64,000 nt of DNA from Escherichia coli (GTDB lineage: Bacteria; Pseudomonadota; Gammaproteobacteria; Enterobacterales; Enterobacteriaceae), in the NCBI RefSeq assembly GCF_036507355.1, contig NZ_AP027877.1; one strand, 5' to 3'. The translations under genes were made by a program, and so were the position numbers. Positions 21,166-31,774 of the stretch are shown here, piece after piece. The notes below the pieces were generated by a model, which searched no databases, had not been told where the DNA came from, and saw only the letters and a list, made by a program, of their open reading frames with translations. Positions within the stretch are counted from its first letter, which is position 1. Each line of letters begins with the position of its first letter.

Positions 21166-21570
21166 ATGAAAACTAAAGTCATTCTTAGCCAGCAAATGGC
21201 GAGTGCAATTATTGCCGCAGGTCAGGAAGAGGCGCAGAAAAATAACTGGTCTGTTTCCATTGCTGTTGCCGATGACGGCGGTCATCTGCTGGCGTTAAGT
21301 CGCATGGACGATTGCGCGCCGATTGCGGCTTACATCTCCCAGGAGAAAGCGCGTACCGCCGCGCTGGGGCGTCGTGAAACTAAGGGCTATGAAGAGATGG
21401 TGAACAACGGACGTACCGCGTTCGTGACTGCGCCGTTATTAACGTCGCTGGAAGGCGGCGTACCGGTTGTTGTTGATGGGCAAATTATTGGTGCCGTGGG
21501 CGTTTCTGGTTTAACCGGAGCACAGGATGCGCAGGTCGCGAAAGCGGCAGCAGCGGTGTTGGCGAAATAA
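21166..21570 (+). CDS. glcG: GlcG (heme-binding-like protein)
   Basis: 134 aa starting MKTKVILSQQ; operon position. Confidence 0.88.
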   Translation: MKTKVILSQQMASAIIAAGQEEAQKNNWSVSIAVADDGGHLLALSRMDDCAPIAAYISQEKARTAALGRRETKGYEEMVNNGRTAFVTAPLLTSLEGGVPVVVDGQIIGAVGVSGLTGAQDAQVAKAAAAVLAK

Positions 21571-21591
21571 GCGAAAACGAGGAGATAAACA

Positions 21592-23763
21592 ATGAGTCAA
21601 ACCATAACCCAGGGCCGTTTACGCATTGACGCCAATTTTAAACGTTTTGTGGATGAAGAAGTTTTGCCGGGAACAGGGCTGGACGCTGCGGCGTTCTGGC
21701 GCAATTTTGATGAGATCGTTCACGATCTGGCGCCAGAAAATCGTCAATTACTGGCAGAACGCGATCGCATTCAGGCGGCGCTGGACGATTGGCATCGCAG
21801 CAATCCGGGTCCGGTAAAAGACAAAGCGGCCTATAAATCTTTCCTGCGTGAACTGGGCTACCTGGTGCCGCAACCGGAGCGCGTGACGGTGGAAACCACG
21901 GGCATTGACAGCGAAATCACCAGTCAGGCGGGGCCACAGCTGGTGGTTCCGGCAATGAACGCCCGCTACGCGCTGAACGCGGCGAACGCTCGCTGGGGCT
22001 CACTGTACGATGCGTTATACGGCAGCGACATCATTCCGCAGGAAGGGGCGATGGTCAGCGGCTACGATCCGCAGCGCGGTGAGCAGGTTATCGCCTGGGT
22101 TCGGCGTTTCCTCGATGAATCACTACCGCTGGAAAACGGCAGCTATCAGGATGTGGTGGCGTTTAAGGTAGTTGATAAACAATTACGCATCCAGTTGAAA
22201 AATGGTAAAGAAACCACGTTACGTACCCCGGCGCAGTTTGTCGGTTACCGTGGCAATGCCGCTGCGCCGTCCTGCATTTTGCTGAAAAATAACGGCCTGC
22301 ATATTGAGCTGCAAATCGATGCCAACGGGCGGATTGGCAAAGACGATCCGGCGCACATCAACGATGTTATCGTCGAAGCGGCCATCAGTACCATTCTCGA
22401 CTGCGAAGATTCGGTCGCGGCGGTTGATGCGGAAGATAAAATCCTGCTGTACCGCAATCTGCTGGGCCTGATGCAGGGGACTCTGCAAGAGAAAATGGAG
22501 AAAAACGGTCGACAAATCGTGCGTAAACTGAATGACGATCGTCATTACACCGCCGCCGATGGCTCTGAAATTTCTCTGCACGGACGCTCGCTGCTGTTTA
22601 TCCGCAACGTGGGTCATTTGATGACCATTCCTGTGATTTGGGACAGCGAAGGCAATGAAATCCCGGAAGGCATTCTTGATGGCGTCATGACTGGCGCGAT
22701 TGCCCTCTATGATTTAAAAGTGCAGAAAAACTCGCGCACTGGCAGCGTCTATATTGTGAAACCGAAAATGCACGGTCCGCAGGAAGTGGCGTTCGCCAAC
22801 AAACTGTTTACCCGCATTGAGACAATGCTCGGTATGGCACCGAATACCCTGAAAATGGGCATTATGGATGAAGAACGTCGGACCTCGCTGAACTTGCGTA
22901 GCTGTATCGCTCAGGCGCGCAACCGCGTGGCGTTCATCAATACAGGTTTCCTCGACCGTACCGGCGATGAAATGCATTCGGTGATGGAAGCTGGCCCGAT
23001 GCTGCGTAAAAAACAGATGAAATCGACGCCGTGGATCAAAGCCTACGAGCGCAATAACGTGCTTTCCGGTCTGTTCTGTGGGCTGCGCGGTAAAGCGCAA
23101 ATCGGCAAAGGCATGTGGGCAATGCCGGATCTGATGGCGGACATGTACAGCCAGAAGGGCGATCAGTTGCGTGCCGGGGCGAACACGGCCTGGGTTCCGT
23201 CACCAACCGCCGCCACGCTGCATGCGCTGCATTACCACCAAACCAACGTACAGAGCGTGCAAGCTAACATTGCTCAGACCGAGTTCAATGCTGAATTTGA
23301 ACCGCTGCTGGACGATCTGCTGACCATTCCGGTTGCTGAAAACGCTAACTGGTCGGCGCAAGAGATCCAACAAGAGCTGGATAACAACGTGCAGGGGATT
23401 CTGGGTTACGTAGTGCGTTGGGTAGAGCAGGGGATTGGTTGTTCAAAAGTGCCGGACATTCACAACGTGGCGCTGATGGAAGACCGCGCAACGCTGCGCA
23501 TCTCCAGCCAGCATATCGCCAACTGGTTACGCCACGGCATTCTGACCAAAGAACAGGTGCAGGCATCGCTGGAGAACATGGCGAAAGTGGTTGATCAGCA
23601 AAACGCTGGCGATCCGGCTTATCGTCCAATGGTGGGGAATTTCGCTAACTCGTGTGCCTTTAAAGCTGCCAGTGATTTAATCTTCCTCGGTGTGAAACAG
23701 CCAAACGGCTATACCGAACCGTTATTACACGCCTGGCGTTTACGCGAAAAAGAAAGTCATTAA
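21592..23763 (+). CDS. glcB: Malate synthase G
   Basis: 723 aa; N-terminus [31 protein letters not shown] matches recalled GlcB. Confidence 0.95.
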   Translation: MSQTITQGRLRIDANFKRFVDEEVLPGTGLDAAAFWRNFDEIVHDLAPENRQLLAERDRIQAALDDWHRSNPGPVKDKAAYKSFLRELGYLVPQPERVTVETTGIDSEITSQAGPQLVVPAMNARYALNAANARWGSLYDALYGSDIIPQEGAMVSGYDPQRGEQVIAWVRRFLDESLPLENGSYQDVVAFKVVDKQLRIQLKNGKETTLRTPAQFVGYRGNAAAPSCILLKNNGLHIELQIDANGRIGKDDPAHINDVIVEAAISTILDCEDSVAAVDAEDKILLYRNLLGLMQGTLQEKMEKNGRQIVRKLNDDRHYTAADGSEISLHGRSLLFIRNVGHLMTIPVIWDSEGNEIPEGILDGVMTGAIALYDLKVQKNSRTGSVYIVKPKMHGPQEVAFANKLFTRIETMLGMAPNTLKMGIMDEERRTSLNLRSCIAQARNRVAFINTGFLDRTGDEMHSVMEAGPMLRKKQMKSTPWIKAYERNNVLSGLFCGLRGKAQIGKGMWAMPDLMADMYSQKGDQLRAGANTAWVPSPTAATLHALHYHQTNVQSVQANIAQTEFNAEFEPLLDDLLTIPVAENANWSAQEIQQELDNNVQGILGYVVRWVEQGIGCSKVPDIHNVALMEDRATLRISSQHIANWLRHGILTKEQVQASLENMAKVVDQQNAGDPAYRPMVGNFANSCAFKAASDLIFLGVKQPNGYTEPLLHAWRLREKESH

Positions 23764-23769
23764 TAGCGT

Positions 23770-23810
23770 CAAAAAAAGCCCCGGCAAGTTTTATTGTCGG
23801 GGCTATTATA
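23770..23810 (+). terminator. Putative rho-independent terminator after glcB
   Basis: agccccg ... cggggct hairpin flanked by A/T runs. Confidence 0.45.
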
Positions 23811-24118
23811 GTAACTGCGGTAGTACATTTATCCCGGAAATAACCGGAGCGATTATCAGGGTTTAACAATATTAAATACCCGTAGCGCATCACTAGCGGG
23901 ATTAAAACAATAATATGGACATCTTAACGATACTCTGCGCCTGCGTGTGCGGAACAGAAACCCTTACCCGATATACTTGTTATGCCAAAGGTAGCAATTG
24001 CGTTAGCAGCGTACTGTTGCTGTAAAGTATAACGCCTATATTTTACAGTTCAGTCCTCTTTTGCTTATTACAACCTTAATCATATCAAGCATATAAAGAT
24101 AATAAGAGACTGAACAAT

Positions 24119-25801
24119 ATGGTTACCTGGACCCAAATGTATATGCCGATGGGAGGACTGGGGCTATCCGCTCTGGTTGCCCTGATCCCAATAATATTCT
24201 TCTTCGTTGCACTTGCGGTATTACGTCTGAAAGGACATGTCGCCGGAGCGATAACCCTTATATTATCTATCCTGATTGCGATATTCGCCTTTAAAATGCC
24301 GATTGATATGGCATTTGCTGCTGCGGGCTATGGCTTTATTTATGGTTTATGGCCAATTGCGTGGATTATTGTCGCGGCGGTGTTCCTGTATAAATTAACC
24401 GTTGCCAGCGGACAGTTCGATATTATCCGCAGCTCGGTTATCTCCATCACCGACGATCAGCGTTTGCAGGTGTTACTGATTGGTTTCTCCTTTGGTGCGT
24501 TGCTGGAAGGAGCGGCTGGCTTTGGTGCGCCGGTGGCGATTACCGGTGCGCTGCTGGTGGGCCTGGGCTTCAAACCGTTATACGCGGCGGGGCTGTGTCT
24601 GATTGCCAATACTGCGCCGGTGGCGTTTGGTGCGTTGGGCGTGCCGATTCTGGTCGCCGGTCAGGTAACGGGAATCGATCCGTTCCACATTGGCGCAATG
24701 GCGGGACGTCAGTTACCGTTCCTGTCGGTTCTTGTGCCGTTCTGGCTGGTAGCAATGATGGACGGCTGGAAAGGGGTGAAAGAGACGTGGCCAGCGGCGC
24801 TGGTTGCTGGGGGAAGCTTCGCTGTCACTCAGTTCTTTACCTCTAATTATATTGGTCCGGAACTGCCGGATATTACTTCGGCGCTGGTGAGTATCGTCTC
24901 ACTCGCTTTATTCCTTAAAGTCTGGCGGCCGAAAAATACCGAAACGGCAATCAGCATGGGACAATCCGCAGGTGCGATGGTGGTAAATAAGCCATCTTCT
25001 GGCGGTCCCGTACCTTCAGAATATAGTCTGGGGCAAATCATTCGAGCGTGGTCACCGTTTTTAATCTTAACGGTGCTGGTCACCATCTGGACCATGAAGC
25101 CGTTTAAAGCGTTATTTGCTCCGGGCGGCGTGTTTTATTCACTGGTGATTAATTTCCAGATCCCTCATTTGCATCAACAAGTGTTGAAAGCGGCACCCAT
25201 TGTCGCCCAACCAACGCCAATGGATGCGGTGTTTAAATTCGACCCCCTCTCGGCTGGCGGCACCGCTATTTTTATTGCGGCGATTATCTCTATCTTCATC
25301 CTCGGCGTGGGCATCAAGAAAGGGATTGGCGTCTTTGCCGAAACGCTAATTAGTCTGAAGTGGCCGATATTGTCGATTGGCATGGTGCTGGCGTTCGCCT
25401 TCGTCACCAACTATTCCGGCATGTCCACCACGCTGGCGCTGGTACTGGCAGGTACAGGCGTGATGTTCCCGTTCTTCTCACCGTTCCTCGGTTGGCTGGG
25501 GGTATTCCTTACCGGCTCGGACACTTCTTCAAACGCCCTGTTTGGTTCACTGCAATCGACCACGGCGCAGCAAATCAACGTCTCTGACACTCTGCTGGTG
25601 GCAGCAAATACCAGCGGCGGCGTAACTGGCAAGATGATCTCCCCGCAATCTATCGCCGTGGCCTGCGCCGCGACGGGCATGGTGGGCCGAGAATCTGAAC
25701 TGTTCCGCTACACCGTGAAGCACAGTCTGATTTTTGCCAGCGTTATCGGCATTATCACGCTGCTGCAGGCGTATGTGTTTACTGGAATGTTAGTCTCGTA
25801 A
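24119..25801 (+). CDS. glcA: Glycolate/lactate permease GlcA
   Basis: 560-aa LctP-family transporter; operon context. Confidence 0.92.
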   Translation: MVTWTQMYMPMGGLGLSALVALIPIIFFFVALAVLRLKGHVAGAITLILSILIAIFAFKMPIDMAFAAAGYGFIYGLWPIAWIIVAAVFLYKLTVASGQFDIIRSSVISITDDQRLQVLLIGFSFGALLEGAAGFGAPVAITGALLVGLGFKPLYAAGLCLIANTAPVAFGALGVPILVAGQVTGIDPFHIGAMAGRQLPFLSVLVPFWLVAMMDGWKGVKETWPAALVAGGSFAVTQFFTSNYIGPELPDITSALVSIVSLALFLKVWRPKNTETAISMGQSAGAMVVNKPSSGGPVPSEYSLGQIIRAWSPFLILTVLVTIWTMKPFKALFAPGGVFYSLVINFQIPHLHQQVLKAAPIVAQPTPMDAVFKFDPLSAGGTAIFIAAIISIFILGVGIKKGIGVFAETLISLKWPILSIGMVLAFAFVTNYSGMSTTLALVLAGTGVMFPFFSPFLGWLGVFLTGSDTSSNALFGSLQSTTAQQINVSDTLLVAANTSGGVTGKMISPQSIAVACAATGMVGRESELFRYTVKHSLIFASVIGIITLLQAYVFTGMLVS

Positions 25802-25810
25802 GTCAATAAT

Positions 25811-25850
25811 GCCGGATGAAGGTAAATATCATCCGGCTTTCCATTTGTTT
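25811..25850 (+). terminator. Hairpin plus T-rich tract after glcA
   Basis: gccggatga ... tcatccggc stem followed by tttccatttgttt. Confidence 0.4.
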
Positions 25851-26176
25851 GTCGTTTATCTCGCCAGGGAACCGTTTTTACGATTGGCTTCTTAATACAT
25901 AGTCTCCGTTTTACAATGCAAATTGTTTAATATTTATACGTCTGAGCTTCTGTGCTGGTTATAAAGCACCCACTTTCATGAGATCAATTTTAGTATGTTA
26001 TTACATTGCTACGTCTGTTCTTTTCATGACGAATGGCGTTTTTTCTCTTGTTTGTATTTTTCACGAGAGCAATGAGCAGATCAAAATTCCCAAAAACATA
26101 AGATTATTCGCAATGAATCGCCACGGGTTTAACAGACACCTCAGAGTCATTTAAGATGGCTTAAAGAGAGGTGCCC

Positions 26177-26455
26177 ATGAGCGGTAAGCGTTATCCCGAA
26201 GAGTTTAAAATTGAAGCAGTCAAACAGGTTGTTGATCGCGGTTATTCTGTTGCCAGCGTTGCAACACGTCTCGATATCACCACCCACAGCCTTTACGCCT
26301 GGATAAAGAAGTACGGTCCGGATTCTTCCGCTAATAAAGAACAGTCAGATGCTCAGGCCGAGATCCGCCGTCTCCAGAAAGAGCTGAAGCGGGTTACCGA
26401 CGAACGGGACATATTAAAAAAAGCCGCGGCGTACTTCGCAAAGCTGTCCGACTGA
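26177..26455 (+). CDS. IS3-family transposase OrfA (HTH)
   Basis: MSGKRYPEEFKIEAVKQV... HTH and leucine-zipper-like region ending ...KKAAAYFAK, typical of IS3 OrfA. Confidence 0.8.
   Translation: MSGKRYPEEFKIEAVKQVVDRGYSVASVATRLDITTHSLYAWIKKYGPDSSANKEQSDAQAEIRRLQKELKRVTDERDILKKAAAYFAKLSD
26413..26421 (+). promoter_or_regulatory. Candidate programmed -1 ribosomal frameshift site (A-run) for an OrfAB fusion
   Basis: ttaaaaaaag near the end of orfA; orfB lies in the -1 frame relative to orfA. Confidence 0.5.
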
Positions 26456-26511
26456 GGTACGCCTTTATCCGTGACAACACCTGTTGCTGGCCTGTTCGCC
26501 TGCTCTGTCGG

Positions 26512-27324
26512 GTGCTGGATGTTCATCCCAGTGGTTTTTACGCCTGGCTTCAGCAGCCGCATTCACAACGCCATCAGGCAGACCTGAGGCTGACAGGGCA
26601 GATTAAACAGTTCTGGCTGGAATCGGGATGCGTCTATGGTTATCGCAAAATCCATCTGGATCTGCGGGACAGCGGGCAACAGTGCGGAGTGAACAGAGTC
26701 TGGCGACTGATGAAACGTGTCGGGATAAAGGCTCAGGTCGGATACCGGAGCCCGCGGGCACGTAAAGGCGAGGCCAGTATCGTGTCGCCCAACAGGCTCC
26801 AGCGACAGTTCAATCCGGATGCTCCGGATAAGCGTTGGGTAACGGACATAACCTACATCAGGACCCACGAAGGCTGGCTGTATCTTGCCGTGGTTGTTGA
26901 TCTGTTCTCACGCAAAATTATCGGCTGGTCCATGCAATCCCGGATGACAAAGGACATTGTCCTGAACGCACTGCTGATGGCTGTATGGCGCCGTAATCCC
27001 CAAAAACAGGTGCTGGTTCATTCGGATCAGGGCAGTCAGTACACAAGCCATGAGTGGCAGTCGTTCCTGAAATCACACGGCCTGGAGGGCAGCATGAGCC
27101 GTCGCGGTAACTGCCATGATAATGCGGTTGCAGAAAGCTTTTTCCAGTTGTTGAAACGCGAACGGATAAAGAAAAAGATCTACGGAACGCGGGAAGAAGC
27201 CCGCAGCGATATTTTTGATTACATCGAAATGTTTTATAACAGTAAGCGTCGGCATGGTTCCAGCGATCAGATGTCACCGACAGAATATGAAAACCAGTAT
27301 TATCAACGGCTCGGAAGTGTCTAG
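26512..27324 (+). CDS. IS3-family transposase OrfB (DDE/RNase-H-fold integrase core); probably made as an OrfAB fusion starting upstream
   Basis: DDE-type motifs (WVTDITYI..., HSDQGSQYTS, NCHDNAVAESFF). Confidence 0.8.
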   Translation: MLDVHPSGFYAWLQQPHSQRHQADLRLTGQIKQFWLESGCVYGYRKIHLDLRDSGQQCGVNRVWRLMKRVGIKAQVGYRSPRARKGEASIVSPNRLQRQFNPDAPDKRWVTDITYIRTHEGWLYLAVVVDLFSRKIIGWSMQSRMTKDIVLNALLMAVWRRNPQKQVLVHSDQGSQYTSHEWQSFLKSHGLEGSMSRRGNCHDNAVAESFFQLLKRERIKKKIYGTREEARSDIFDYIEMFYNSKRRHGSSDQMSPTEYENQYYQRLGSV

Positions 27325-27342
27325 ATTACCCGTGGCGATTCA

Positions 27343-27555
27343 GTCATCAGTAATTACGCTGTCATCCAGTTTCGCATAACAGATACTGTCATCACCGGCT
27401 TCAATATAGCTGGAAAAATTCTCACTGATGAAGCGGTAGAAAAGGGCACCGAGTACATACTGTTTAAAATCCCATCCATCTACGGAGCCTCTGACATCAT
27501 TGGCAATGGCCCAGATTTGGCGGTGTAGCTCTGCACGCTGCTGAAGGCTTGTCAT
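27343..27555 (-). pseudogene. hsdM: Type I restriction-modification methyltransferase HsdM (type IC, EcoR124I-like), N-terminal 71 codons only, truncated by the IS3-family element
   Basis: MTSLQQRAELHRQIWAIANDVRGSVDGWDFKQYVLGALFYRFISENFSSYIEAGDDSICYAKLDDSVITDD is near-identical to the recalled EcoR124I HsdM N-terminus; the ORF's stop is the terminal TGA/TCA of the IS inverted repeat. Confidence 0.75.
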
Positions 27556-27758
27556 TTTGTATCCTGTTGTATGATTCTTAAGTACTGTTATTGGCCCGAT
27601 TTTATCGTAATTTCATATTGATGACAGGCTTTGTATGTCATACGTTGCACTGAGAGTTCGTTTGCCCGGTTGTGTAGGCAGCGCTCTTTCAGCCAGGTCA
27701 GTAGAAACGTTGCGCTGACGATAAATACTGAAGCCCCAATACCATCGGGGCTGAACGT

Positions 27759-29636
27759 TCAGTCGGTGAGAATTTCTTCATCCGTATCCATTGTGGATGG
27801 TGATGAATCTATTTTTGTTGTAAGAAATACCCGATTCAGTAGTCTTTGCTTCAGGGCGTTTCTTCGCTCATTGTAGAACTCCGGGAAGCGACTGAACTCA
27901 ATATTTTCATCTGAAACTAACAGCATTGATGGCGAATAGTTGTTTGATGGCTGAGATAGCCATTGTTTCAGGGAAGTATCCTGTTTACTTATATTCTGAG
28001 AGTGATTCAGTAAATGAAGATTAGGTATGGTGTCCCAGTGCTCCGGATTTTCATAAAAGCTGAGGTTCTCTGGTGTATTCGCAACATAATCTAATTTTTC
28101 AAGATATTTCTTTGAAAAATGATTTCTTGGGTGAAGGTGATCAATATGAAACACCTCGGTCGGATTCATTTCAGGGAACAGAAGATGCAATAGTGCGCGG
28201 CAACGACCTTCGCCATATCTGATATTGAGAAGGCTTTCGATGTATTCGTCGTCAAATCTGAGGTCTTTATTCGAGCCTTTATATCTGTCAATAATCTTCT
28301 CAAGAGGAAAGTGAATATCTGAAAGACTATTTTTCATTACATCTCTGATACTCGTGAGTAGCGCATCTGCCTGGCTTCCAAAGATCCCTTTCAGAAGTAC
28401 CATGTAAAACCACTGGCTAATTACTGAGCGTTCATTGTGGTTTTTATTCAGGAGATTAATCGTTGTATATAATGGATGTCCACTGGTTTGCTTTTTGTAA
28501 AGCCAGTAGACCACAGGAATGACTGCATTTTTAGATATCAAAGACTGTGGATTGATGCCGAATCGCCTGATAAGAATAAAGGTCTCCTTGATACAGGATT
28601 TTATTTCAGACCATTGTTGTTGTATCTTACCGACCTCCTCTGAAGTGAAGTTTTTTACTTTGAACCGGACGTCAGAGTCAATAAGCATCAGGCTGGTTTT
28701 TAAGAACCAGTCTCTTTCAATATAAAAACCCATTTCATTATTCTGATAAATGTTTTTTGTCAGTTCATCCAGTTCTTTTCTGAAATCACCCTGCCAGTGC
28801 GCTACCGCTATTGACATCAGTAAGTCTGAAAACTCAAGTTTTGTCCCCCCGCTGTTCGTGCGGATGAAAACATCCAGCACATGATCAATGTCCTGACTGC
28901 TCTCATTGAAGTAGTGGATAAGATTCTCAGTTCTTATCTTGGTATAAAGTTTAAGCAGAGTTTTTCTGGAAAATTCACTGGAAATGAGATCTCTTTTTTC
29001 AAGTTCTGGTACGACAACGTTAAATAAAATATCATCAGGCGAATCATGTTGCTCGTATTTGAATATTTCGTGCAGGCAGAACCAGTGATGTTTGTTATCG
29101 GCAAGTGAATCAGTATATTGCTTCTCGGTCAGGAACCTGAAGTTATACTTCATCATGAGCTCATCGTCTGACTTAAGTGGCGCGGTTAAATCGACGTAAA
29201 GCTTTCTGGGTGGCAGGATGCGATCATCCTGTGCCGAAGGCCACCACATCCGGGGCTGTTTATACGCATACGTTCCACACAATCCAATATATAATGATGT
29301 GAGACGCTGCTGACCATCAATCACGGCCTTGAAATCATGAAACCCAGCATTTGTTGCTACGCAGGGGTTTTCTTCATTAAATCGCTGACAGTATTCTTTC
29401 AGGAACTCATAGAATTTGTAATCATTTTTAATACTGGCACTACGGATATCCCACATCATGAAAGAGTTTATCGGGTAGTCTCGCATGATGGAATCAAACA
29501 GCAAACATATCTGACTGCTGCTCCAGACGAACTTCCTCTGAATTGCAGGCAGAAGATAGTGGCGTAAATTAATTGAATCTATCGCTTGTTTTATCGTTAT
29601 TGCTTTTTCATACTGGCCAGCCATCATAAACCTCAT
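27759..29636 (-). CDS. GmrSD-family DUF262 (ParB-like, DGQQR motif) / DUF1524 (His-Me finger) protein; putative type IV modification-dependent restriction endonuclease
   Basis: N-terminal IKQAIDSI...YLLPAIQRKFVWS and IDGQQRLTSL motifs (DUF262); C-terminal FHIDHLHPRNH (DUF1524-like HNH); 625 aa; AT-rich. Confidence 0.75.
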   Translation of the reverse strand: MRFMMAGQYEKAITIKQAIDSINLRHYLLPAIQRKFVWSSSQICLLFDSIMRDYPINSFMMWDIRSASIKNDYKFYEFLKEYCQRFNEENPCVATNAGFHDFKAVIDGQQRLTSLYIGLCGTYAYKQPRMWWPSAQDDRILPPRKLYVDLTAPLKSDDELMMKYNFRFLTEKQYTDSLADNKHHWFCLHEIFKYEQHDSPDDILFNVVVPELEKRDLISSEFSRKTLLKLYTKIRTENLIHYFNESSQDIDHVLDVFIRTNSGGTKLEFSDLLMSIAVAHWQGDFRKELDELTKNIYQNNEMGFYIERDWFLKTSLMLIDSDVRFKVKNFTSEEVGKIQQQWSEIKSCIKETFILIRRFGINPQSLISKNAVIPVVYWLYKKQTSGHPLYTTINLLNKNHNERSVISQWFYMVLLKGIFGSQADALLTSIRDVMKNSLSDIHFPLEKIIDRYKGSNKDLRFDDEYIESLLNIRYGEGRCRALLHLLFPEMNPTEVFHIDHLHPRNHFSKKYLEKLDYVANTPENLSFYENPEHWDTIPNLHLLNHSQNISKQDTSLKQWLSQPSNNYSPSMLLVSDENIEFSRFPEFYNERRNALKQRLLNRVFLTTKIDSSPSTMDTDEEILTD

Positions 29637-29697
29637 ATGTTATATTAGCTGGCCTATTTTAATTTATTGCGTGTCGGTAGTACAGTCTTTGCACAAA

Positions 29698-30027
29698 CTA
29701 ATTTATGCAATGGAAAAGCTGACGGCTCGGTTTGTGTTTTTCATTCGGGTAGACTCGCATTGCGGATGCACAAAGTGATGAAACCTGTCTTGCTATATTT
29801 TTACCGAAGTTAACAAGTAGGCCGTGCTTTATTTTTTCACCCTCTGCCCTGATGCTGATGACAAAGCTGAACTGATATACGATTACCTCAATGAGGTCAT
29901 TGCCAAATGTTATGATGGCGGCGTTGTTTATTTCATATTCATAATCCCTCAGGTCAGTGTTAAGTCTTGCTGTTGCATTTACAAGTGCGTATTCTTTATC
30001 GATAATCATAACTTTCTCACTTATCAT
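29698..30027 (-). CDS. Hypothetical protein (109 aa) immediately upstream of the GmrSD-like gene
   Basis: ATG-initiated ORF on the same strand, 61 bp upstream of the DUF262 gene; no family recognised. Confidence 0.4.
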   Translation of the reverse strand: MISEKVMIIDKEYALVNATARLNTDLRDYEYEINNAAIITFGNDLIEVIVYQFSFVISIRAEGEKIKHGLLVNFGKNIARQVSSLCASAMRVYPNEKHKPSRQLFHCIN

Positions 30028-30067
30028 GTTAATGTGATTTAATCATCACTAATAATATGTTGTGATT

Positions 30068-30781
30068 TTAATTACGATTATTCGTCTGTTTACTCCCGTA
30101 ATGCATTATCTGATGAATAATGTTCATGTGGGGTAAGGCTTCCATAAAGTCAGACTGTTCAATCAGCGAAATGAGTGTGTTATCGATCTCAAACGTTGTA
30201 TCCGGTAATACCTCAACCAGCCTGATTCGGGACAGGGAAATAACGAACACGCCCGATGACGTACATCCGGCAAGAAACCACTCCGCATGGCTGCAAAGCA
30301 GACGATAGGGATGAACGGTATGGCTGACGTTTTCGTCGGTTCTGATACGCACCTTGGTCTGGTTAAGTATGGCGAGCGTTAGTCTGCTGAAATCACCGAA
30401 CAGCGTGGGTTTCTGGCGCGGCTCCGGGAGCATAATCCGGTAGGGTGAAGGGTGCTCCCCGTCAAGCAGAAGGCTCAGCAGTTTGGCATCCATCGCGGGT
30501 AACAGACGGTCAAGATGCAGCAGTCTCGCCAGTATCTTCATATCTCGTTCCGTGCGGCGACGAAAGTAATGTGAGGCAAGCTGATACACGCCGTTGCTCT
30601 GTTCAATATCAAGGTAGGTCAGACGGACGTTGAAATCCCGCCGCAGCGTTCGCGTTGTCACTCCAAATTCTTCTGCCAGCGTCCCGATATGCAGCTTTTC
30701 ACCCTGAAACAAACGGCTCAGGATGATGGAAAGGCGGGTTGCCAGTCTGTCATGTTCGTTTTCTTGTGTTATCAGCGTCAT
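30068..30781 (-). CDS. HTH plus WYL-like domain transcriptional regulator (BrxR/CapW-like candidate)
   Basis: N-terminal HTH_11-like segment (RLSIILSRLFQGEKLHIGTLAEEFGVTTRTLRRDF) followed by a ligand-binding-like domain; sits upstream of a defence gene. Confidence 0.6.
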   Translation of the reverse strand: MTLITQENEHDRLATRLSIILSRLFQGEKLHIGTLAEEFGVTTRTLRRDFNVRLTYLDIEQSNGVYQLASHYFRRRTERDMKILARLLHLDRLLPAMDAKLLSLLLDGEHPSPYRIMLPEPRQKPTLFGDFSRLTLAILNQTKVRIRTDENVSHTVHPYRLLCSHAEWFLAGCTSSGVFVISLSRIRLVEVLPDTTFEIDNTLISLIEQSDFMEALPHMNIIHQIMHYGSKQTNNRN

Positions 30782-30883
30782 ACATCATTTCCGAATTTAG
30801 CCGGGAAATGATGCCAGCAGTAGCGGACAGGATTTGTCCACCCTCTGAAGTTTTTTAAAGTCTGAATACCTTAAATGTAAGTG

Positions 30884-31633
30884 CTAAACGTCAGTATTCT
30901 CAGGTGAATAAAGATGCTTCTGGCGCATGTAGGCAATAAAAATGCAGGATGGTAGCGTCACCCGGTATGCGGGACCGGCTAAATCAATCAGCAGCCAGAG
31001 AGAACTGAGCACCCAGCCCACAGGACCGGCAAAAGCGCCCATGGTACGCGTCAGCATGGCATTTCCTGCAACGGTCAGCCCTCTGCCTAACAGGGCTTTC
31101 GCCACACCATTTGTGACAACAAGTGCCATCTGATAGGCCGCAAACCCGGATGTTTTTATCCCCGCCTGGATTGCCATGGTCAGCAACTCCGGCGTGGGGT
31201 TGCTGTAGCCTGTCTGCAATTCTTCCGCCACGGTCTTTAACTGATCGGGCGTCATCTTCTCAAGGCTTTTCTCCAGGATCTTCATCAGCAGATTCATTTC
31301 AATGGTTTCAACACTGGATTTGTTGTTGTAGTTCACCTTCATTTTATCGCAGGCATCGGTGAGAATTTCCCGGTACGGCACCCCTTTACCCCAGCGGAGC
31401 AGCGTGGCAAAGCTGTTCGCCCCAAACGTCTGAACCTCGGCGGCAATGGCATCCCAGTAGCGCGGGTGGTTGGGCTTGTGTTTTTTATACTGAGGATCAT
31501 AGGTCAGCGTTTCCGTGATGCGTGCCAGTCCGTCTTTCGGATCGCAGATAAGCACAGAAACCAGTAAATCCAGATCGTCACGATGGCAGTGGCGCAGAAA
31601 CTCAAGGTCGGGGTCGTGTCGGTAGGTAGCCAT
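30884..31633 (-). CDS. YaaW-like (UPF0174/DUF3944) protein
   Basis: Resembles recalled YaaW (LEFLRHC..DLDLLV, GPVGWVLSSLWLLIDLAGPAYRVT); 249 aa. Confidence 0.5.
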   Translation of the reverse strand: MATYRHDPDLEFLRHCHRDDLDLLVSVLICDPKDGLARITETLTYDPQYKKHKPNHPRYWDAIAAEVQTFGANSFATLLRWGKGVPYREILTDACDKMKVNYNNKSSVETIEMNLLMKILEKSLEKMTPDQLKTVAEELQTGYSNPTPELLTMAIQAGIKTSGFAAYQMALVVTNGVAKALLGRGLTVAGNAMLTRTMGAFAGPVGWVLSSLWLLIDLAGPAYRVTLPSCIFIAYMRQKHLYSPENTDV

Positions 31634-31774
31634 ATTTCACCTCATTGCAGATATTGGACCTGACAGTTTAAGGAAGCCACCGGACAGGGCTTGTCCGCCT
31701 GAAAAACAAAAAAGTAAAAAAAACCTGCCGAAAGCAGGTTTCTGTTCACCGGATGGAGGTATAACGCGTCGGGA

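Larger units (their letters stand above)
26114..27342 (+). mobile_element. IS3-family insertion sequence (about 1229 bp) with orfA/orfB and imperfect terminal inverted repeats
   Basis: Terminal IRs TGAATCGCCACGGGT at 26114-26128 and its reverse complement at 27328-27342; two-ORF transposase in 0/-1 frames with an A-rich slippery site. Confidence 0.8.
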
